DNA of 64,000 nucleotides from Syntrophales bacterium (lineage in GTDB: Bacteria; Desulfobacterota; Syntrophia; Syntrophales; UBA4778), in assembly GCA_963665615.2 (NCBI GenBank), contig CAXXQE010000007.1, positions 248,001-312,000 of the forward strand, in the 5' to 3' direction. The translations under genes were made by a program, and so were the position numbers. Positions within the stretch are counted from its first letter, which is position 1; each line of letters begins with the position of its first letter. The notes under the pieces were generated by a model that saw only the letters and a program-made list of their open reading frames with translations, was not told the origin of the DNA and ran no database searches. Below, piece by piece: positions 58,773 to 64,000 of this stretch.

Positions 58773-58832
58773 TAGAACCCAGTAGCGAGCCCATTCTTCG
58801 CAGCTTCCAGAGAGGCAAGCGAGCGAATCATG
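58773..58832 (+). mobile_element. Repeat family R1 copy G (degenerate left part)
   Basis: tagcgagcccattcttcgcagcttc...aagcgagcgaatca matches the R1 left half. Confidence 0.5.
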
Positions 58833-58881
58833 TCCAAACCGATCCCTCTCGTCTTTCCCAGATAACGTAGTTTTATAGGGA

Positions 58882-58917
58882 AGTTGACTCTTAATCAGTT
58901 GGTCCGGGGCTCGACTC
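58882..58917 (+). repeat. Inverted partial copy of tRNA-Lys(CTT) (anticodon arm to T loop), att-like
   Basis: 33/36 identity to the reverse complement of 58181-58216. Confidence 0.8.
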
Positions 58918-60943
58918 AGCGGATAGACGTTTGCGCTTCCCCGGTCTGCGGCAAAGACGGCGCTGGAACTGAAACGGAAGCAGGCGTCTCGGCGGGACTC
59001 AGGCATCCGTGCTTGGCACAAGTCTTGATCGGCTCAGTGCCTTTGACGTAGAATTCCTCACGCCTGTCGGGGCATTGTGGCGTCGCCAACTCGTTAGTCG
59101 TTGGATCGATCAGGACGGATACGACGTCATCCGGCTTAATGAAATCGACGACGGGTTTTCCCGCCAGCGCCCCTCGCATGAAGCGTTCCCAAATCGGGGC
59201 ACAGATCGCGCCTCCTGTAAATCCGGGGCCCACCGGTTTGGGTTTGTCATAGCCGACCCAGACGCCGGCGATTACTTGGGGTGTATAGCCGATAAACCAG
59301 GCGTCCCGATAATCATCGGTTGTTCCAGTCTTGCCGGCAGCCGGTCTTTTCAGAGCAAAATTCTTGAGCGTTTTAGCGGTGCCTTCTGTCATCACGTCTT
59401 TCATGATCCGGGTTGTCACAAAGGCAATGGATGGATTGAGAACCGGCGCAAGCTGAGAAGAAGGCGCTTCGAACAAAGTCTGGCGAGTGCGATCGCAGAT
59501 GCGGAGAATCGTCCTGGACGGATTCCGAACGCCGCCATTGGACAGCGGCGCGTAAGCCGAAACGAGATCATGCAGTGTGATCTCATCAGACCCCAGCGCC
59601 AAAGACAGATCACCGGGGCTGCGCAGCGGCAGACCCAGTCGCGCAGCGAAATCGACAAAATAAGGAACCCCGATACTGTCGAGAAGTTTCACGGCGATAA
59701 CGTTATTGGAATGGGCCAGGGCCTGTCGCAGACTGAGATTGCCATAGTGTTTCTTCTCGTAATTTTGCGGGATCCACATCTGACCGTTGCCGCGATCGTA
59801 TGCGACGGGGGAGTCATTCCAAATCATGCCGGCGGTATCTCCTTTTTCAAGGGCCGCCGCATAGATCAGGGGTTTGATGGCGGATCCAGGTTGCCGCTTG
59901 GCGTAAAAGGCGCGGTCATAGGCATTCTGATTGGAATCGATGCCGCCCACGGCTGCCAGGATGTTGCCTGTATTCGGATCCAGGGCTATCAGGGCGCCTT
60001 GAAGATTGGGTGAAATGCGTCTGACGCTATCCTGCAGCGCCTTTTCAGCCAGCCGCTGCATCTGCAAATCCATCGCCGTAATGATGTCCAGCCCTCCCCG
60101 CTCGACGATGTCGGGTCCGAAACGCTCAATCAATTTTGCACGCACATGCGCAAGGTAAGATGGCGCTTCATTCGCCTTCATGACCCTCCCTCGAGACGCC
60201 CGCAGTTTTTTGGCCTGCCTGAGTGTGATCATTTTCAATTTGAGCATGCGCTTGATGACCAGGTTCTTTCGCATGCCGACCTGCCCGGAATTAGCGGCGG
60301 GGTTATAACGATTCGGCGCTTTAGGCACCGCAGCCAGCAGGATGCATTCGACCTCGTTCAAATCCTGCGGGGATTTGTCGAAATACAGGCGGGCCGCCTG
60401 GGCGATGCCCCAGGCGCCGTTTCCGAAATAAATTTCATTGAAATACATTTCCAGAATCTGCCGCTTCGTGTATTTCTGTTCATACTCGATAGCCAGAATG
60501 CCTTCACGGACCTTTCGCTCAATCGTCTTTTCTCCGTGGGAATACAGGTTCTTGACGAGCTGTTGGGTAATCGTCGAACCGCCTTCGGCCATGCGCCCTT
60601 TGATGACGTCCTTGACCAAGGCGCGTGCGGTCCCGCGGACATCGATCCCTCCATGCTTGTAGAATCGAGCGTCCTCAATCGCGATGAGGGCCTTTTGCAG
60701 AAAGACCGGAATCTGATCGATCCCGACAGCATACCGTTTGGCAGACAGGAGGCGGCCCACGAATTGCCCCTGGCTGTCGAAGACTCGAATGGAAGAATAG
60801 GCAGGCGGCAGAGACGGGTACGGAGAACGCTCCGCTTCGGCAAAAACTGATGAGGACAGTGCGATGATCAACAGCGCGAAGGCAGAAATCGCCAGTTTGA
60901 AATTAAACAAACGAGATGAATAGTAAAACAATATGTTCTTCAA
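58916..60943 (-). CDS. Class A penicillin-binding protein (PBP1A family)
   Basis: Transglycosylase EDARFYKH, GGSTITQQLVKN, RKVRE; transpeptidase GSAIK, SNN, KTG; start uncertain (TTG chosen). Confidence 0.93.
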   Translation of the reverse strand: MKNILFYYSSRLFNFKLAISAFALLIIALSSSVFAEAERSPYPSLPPAYSSIRVFDSQGQFVGRLLSAKRYAVGIDQIPVFLQKALIAIEDARFYKHGGIDVRGTARALVKDVIKGRMAEGGSTITQQLVKNLYSHGEKTIERKVREGILAIEYEQKYTKRQILEMYFNEIYFGNGAWGIAQAARLYFDKSPQDLNEVECILLAAVPKAPNRYNPAANSGQVGMRKNLVIKRMLKLKMITLRQAKKLRASRGRVMKANEAPSYLAHVRAKLIERFGPDIVERGGLDIITAMDLQMQRLAEKALQDSVRRISPNLQGALIALDPNTGNILAAVGGIDSNQNAYDRAFYAKRQPGSAIKPLIYAAALEKGDTAGMIWNDSPVAYDRGNGQMWIPQNYEKKHYGNLSLRQALAHSNNVIAVKLLDSIGVPYFVDFAARLGLPLRSPGDLSLALGSDEITLHDLVSAYAPLSNGGVRNPSRTILRICDRTRQTLFEAPSSQLAPVLNPSIAFVTTRIMKDVMTEGTAKTLKNFALKRPAAGKTGTTDDYRDAWFIGYTPQVIAGVWVGYDKPKPVGPGFTGGAICAPIWERFMRGALAGKPVVDFIKPDDVVSVLIDPTTNELATPQCPDRREEFYVKGTEPIKTCAKHGCLSPAETPASVSVPAPSLPQTGEAQTSIR

Positions 60944-60975
60944 CTTCTTTATCTTGATCTGTTGTGCCTGTTGTC

Positions 60976-61149
60976 TCAATAATCCGAAAATGAGAATTCG
61001 GTATTGCATCTCAGGCACTTAAACTTCTTCAACGTCACGTTTGTCAGGATGACTTCATCCTTTTCCGTTTTGCACTTAGGACAAGAAGGCTTGCTCCCGT
61101 TAAAACGAACATCCTTTCGCTTCAAAATCAACTCATCAGACTCTTTCAA
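60976..61149 (-). CDS. Small zinc-ribbon protein (CPKC...CLRC)
   Basis: AAAGGAG 7 nt before TTG; 57 aa with two CxxC motifs. Confidence 0.6.
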   Translation of the reverse strand: MKESDELILKRKDVRFNGSKPSCPKCKTEKDEVILTNVTLKKFKCLRCNTEFSFSDY

Positions 61150-61237
61150 TGAATAACTCCTTTCATGCGCCCGTTTTAATGACGGCATAATTAGAAATGA
61201 ATTTTTTTCGCTGCAACAGGTAAAGCGACGGCGAATG

Positions 61238-61318
61238 AAAAAAATTAAAGGGGGTGGCCGTTGCGGCTAACCCTTAACCTGTTTAGTAAAGGAGGGAGGT
61301 TTTGAAACTCTCTCCTTT
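61238..61318 (-). terminator. Two hairpins after the hybrid kinase; the second on the minus strand is a likely terminator
   Basis: aaaggagagag...ctccctccttt, then aagggttagccg-caa-cggccacccccttt followed by a T run. Confidence 0.55.
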
Positions 61319-61321
61319 GGA

Positions 61322-64000
61322 TTATGAACCGAGGACTTCCCTCACCTTGGCCGCCAGATCGTTCAAGAAAAACGGTTTGGAAATGAGTTGCACGCCCTCT
61401 TCCAGAATTCCCTGGCGGGCGATCACGTCTGCCGTATAGCCGGACATATACAGGCGTTTCAAACCCGGTTTGATCGACATGATTTTTTCCGAGAGTTCCT
61501 TCCCGTTCATATCCGGCATCACCACGTCGATGAGCAGGAGATCGATGGGGCCGCCATACGCTTTAACCAGTCGGAGCGCTTGTTCCGCGGCCTTGGCCGT
61601 CAATACCCGATAGCCAAGCGTTTCGAGCATGTCCTGACTGAGTTCCAGGACTGCCGCTTCATCCTCGACAATGAGCACTGTTTCCGTGCCGCCCTGGATT
61701 CTCTTCTGCATATTGTCGTCCGCAAGGATTTCTGAATCATTGCCCTCGCAACGCGGCACGTAAATCTTAAATGTCGTACCTTGTCCCGGTTCGCTATAGA
61801 CGTTGATAAACCCACCATTCTGTTTAATAATACCATATACGGTCGATAGACCCAGCCCTGTCCCCCTGCCCTCTTTCTTGGTGGTGAAAAACGGCTCGAA
61901 GATATTGGTCAGCGTCTCCTTGTCCATCCCGCAGCCGTCGTCGCTCAGCGACAGCAGGACATATTCACCAGTAACGCATTCCGAGCGAGTTGAGCAATAC
62001 GTTTCATCGCATACCACATTGGATGTTTCGATCACGATCTTTCCCGTTTTGCTGATGGCGTCACGGGCATTAACCGTCAGATTGGCCAGAAGCTGGTCAA
62101 CCTGAGACGGGTCCATCTTGATCTGCCAGAGGCGTTTTCCCGGTATCCAAACCAGATCGATATTCTCACCGATTAGCCTCTGGAGCATCTTGAGCATTCC
62201 GGCGATCGTATCATTCAGGTCCAGTACCTTGGGTTTGATCGTTTGTTTGCGGGCAAAGGCCAGCAACTGTCTGGTCAGGTCCGCAGATCGCATGCCCGCA
62301 TTCAGGATATCGTTCAGCGGCTTATAGAGCGGATCCGCCGGGTTCATTTTCATGATGACCAGTTGGGCACTGCCGATGATCACGCTAAGCATGTTGTTGA
62401 AGTCATGGGCTACGCCGCCAGCGAGCCGACCCACGGACTCCATCTTTTGAGACTGCGTCAGTTGAATCGCGAGGTTCTTTTTCTCTTCCTCGGCCTGCTT
62501 TAGCTCGGTGATATCCTGAGAGAATCCGAAAATACGAAGCGGCTTGTTTTTCGGGCTGTAGAAGACTTCCCTCTCTTCGTGCAGGTATTTTATCCGTCCG
62601 TCGGCGAAGAGCAGCCGGTAAGTAAACTTGGACGGTTGATGATTTTCCAGACACTGCCTATAAGCAGCGACGAGCGCCTCGCGATCTTCCGGATGGACAG
62701 TATCGAGGACAGTCTTGTATGTAGGGGTAAAGCACCCGGTGTCTTTCTCGAAAATCCGGAAGATCTCTTCGGACCAGGTGATCTTCTTCGTTAGAAGATC
62801 AACATCCCAGCTCCCAAGGTGGGCGAGCCGATGCGCTTCAATCAGCTGCTTCTGACTCTCCCGTAGCGTCTTCTCCGCCCGCTTGCGCTCGGTGATGTCA
62901 TTCATCTGAAGTAAAAAATGTTTCTTCCCGGCAACATCGATAACCTCACCTGAGGCAAGACAGTCGCGCACATCGCCAGCTTTGGTCCCGAGCAATATCG
63001 GGTAATCCCTCAGACATCCGTTTCGCTCGAATATGCATCGCAAGGCGTCGCGGCCTTCAGGCGAAAGAATACCGAGTTCGACGGAGGTGCGGCCAATGAC
63101 CTCCTCACGGGAGAATCCATGCATCTGCAAGAAACTTTCATTCACATCGAGAAAGCGTCCACCCGCCATCGTGGATATGGACGTAATAGCTGGATTGGCA
63201 TAAAAGGCCTTAAAGAACTTCTCCTCACTGCTCCTGAGGGCCTCTTCGGCCAGCTTGCGATCCGTTATGTCGCCAAGAAAGTTCAGCGCAGCGGGTTTTC
63301 CCTCCCACTGCACCAATACAGAGTTTAACTCCACCCACCGCATCTCTCCCGACGGATGCATAAGCTTGAACTCGTATCTGGAAGGAGCTTCTTCTGCGTT
63401 CAGTCTTTTCGTGTATGTGTCCAGAACCAGCTCGCGGTCATCGGGGTGTATGAAATCGATGAAAGGCCTTGATTCCAGTTCTTCCTTGGGATAACCGAAG
63501 AGTTTTTCCGTCGCAGGGTTCGTAAACTTGAAACATCCATCCTGCACGATATAGACGGCTTCGCCAGCGTTCTCCACCAAAACACGGTACTTTTCCTCGC
63601 TCTCTCGCAATCTTTCTTCGGCCAGCTTGCGATCCGTGTTGTCTCTGGTATCAGTGAATATATGAGGAATTCCATCGATATCAATCACTGAAGCAGACAT
63701 GCTCCCAGATATAATTCTTCCATCCTTCCTACGAAACTTCACATCAAAACTTTCTACTTTTCCGTCGCGGGCCAGTCCTTCTATCAACCGCGTCCAGTCT
63801 TCCGGATTCTCCCAGATACTAACATCAGAGGAGGTCCTGCCGATGAGCTCCGATTCAGTATATCCCGTACGTCTGGTGAATCTTTCATTAACCAGATAAT
63901 ACATGCCATCGGAAAGTCGATTGATAGCGATAGCGGCCTGTTTTGTTTGAAAGACCCTCCTGAATTTTTCTTCGCTCTCTCTTAGCTTCTCTTCCGCCAG
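61322..64000 (-). CDS. Multi-PAS hybrid sensor histidine kinase/response regulator (5' end outside window)
   Basis: At least four PAS/PAC repeats (DITERK..EE), AHDFNN, NARDA, GTGLGL, C-terminal REC; frame is open to position 64000. Confidence 0.95.
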   Translation of the reverse strand: MAEEKLRESEEKFRRVFQTKQAAIAINRLSDGMYYLVNERFTRRTGYTESELIGRTSSDVSIWENPEDWTRLIEGLARDGKVESFDVKFRRKDGRIISGSMSASVIDIDGIPHIFTDTRDNTDRKLAEERLRESEEKYRVLVENAGEAVYIVQDGCFKFTNPATEKLFGYPKEELESRPFIDFIHPDDRELVLDTYTKRLNAEEAPSRYEFKLMHPSGEMRWVELNSVLVQWEGKPAALNFLGDITDRKLAEEALRSSEEKFFKAFYANPAITSISTMAGGRFLDVNESFLQMHGFSREEVIGRTSVELGILSPEGRDALRCIFERNGCLRDYPILLGTKAGDVRDCLASGEVIDVAGKKHFLLQMNDITERKRAEKTLRESQKQLIEAHRLAHLGSWDVDLLTKKITWSEEIFRIFEKDTGCFTPTYKTVLDTVHPEDREALVAAYRQCLENHQPSKFTYRLLFADGRIKYLHEEREVFYSPKNKPLRIFGFSQDITELKQAEEEKKNLAIQLTQSQKMESVGRLAGGVAHDFNNMLSVIIGSAQLVIMKMNPADPLYKPLNDILNAGMRSADLTRQLLAFARKQTIKPKVLDLNDTIAGMLKMLQRLIGENIDLVWIPGKRLWQIKMDPSQVDQLLANLTVNARDAISKTGKIVIETSNVVCDETYCSTRSECVTGEYVLLSLSDDGCGMDKETLTNIFEPFFTTKKEGRGTGLGLSTVYGIIKQNGGFINVYSEPGQGTTFKIYVPRCEGNDSEILADDNMQKRIQGGTETVLIVEDEAAVLELSQDMLETLGYRVLTAKAAEQALRLVKAYGGPIDLLLIDVVMPDMNGKELSEKIMSIKPGLKRLYMSGYTADVIARQGILEEGVQLISKPFFLNDLAAKVREVLGS

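Overview
Mostly core chromosome of an anaerobic deltaproteobacterium (Desulfobacterota, probably Syntrophales-like). This assignment is inferred from gene content such as a long Re-citrate-synthase-like enzyme, pilS/pilR/pilA and tsaE-lysC. Housekeeping blocks: lptG (partial), panC-panD-DUF502-metK-ahcY, tilS-ftsH-folP, tsaE-lysC-comEA-nudix, panG-panB-iscU-like-dciA, mtaB-rnc-radical SAM-era-der, pilS-pilR-pilA, comEC, hisS-aspS-rcs, a UvrD-type helicase, adk, glgP, an RND efflux operon, PBP1A, a multi-PAS hybrid kinase and five tRNAs. Main non-obvious signals: (1) two pan-motif-like RNA hairpins with two bulged A's, ahead of panC and panG-panB; each is followed by a terminator and has its own, different antiterminator pairing, suggesting an attenuation regulon for pantothenate/CoA synthesis; (2) seven copies of a ~117-bp two-hairpin element built like fused IS200/IS605 ends, two of which supply gene 3' ends; (3) other miniature repeat families, stacked upstream of era; (4) relics of integrative elements at tRNA-Lys (integrase C-terminus plus an inverted tRNA fragment) and tRNA-Leu (DUF5675-like fragment); (5) a GT-C-like membrane glycosyltransferase coupled to a decaprenyl-phosphate phosphoribosyltransferase-like gene, in the same window as an aromatic-rich, Thr-rich type IV pilin. 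No CRISPR array, rRNA or intact transposase/integrase was seen. All calls come from reading motifs by eye; no database searches were run.
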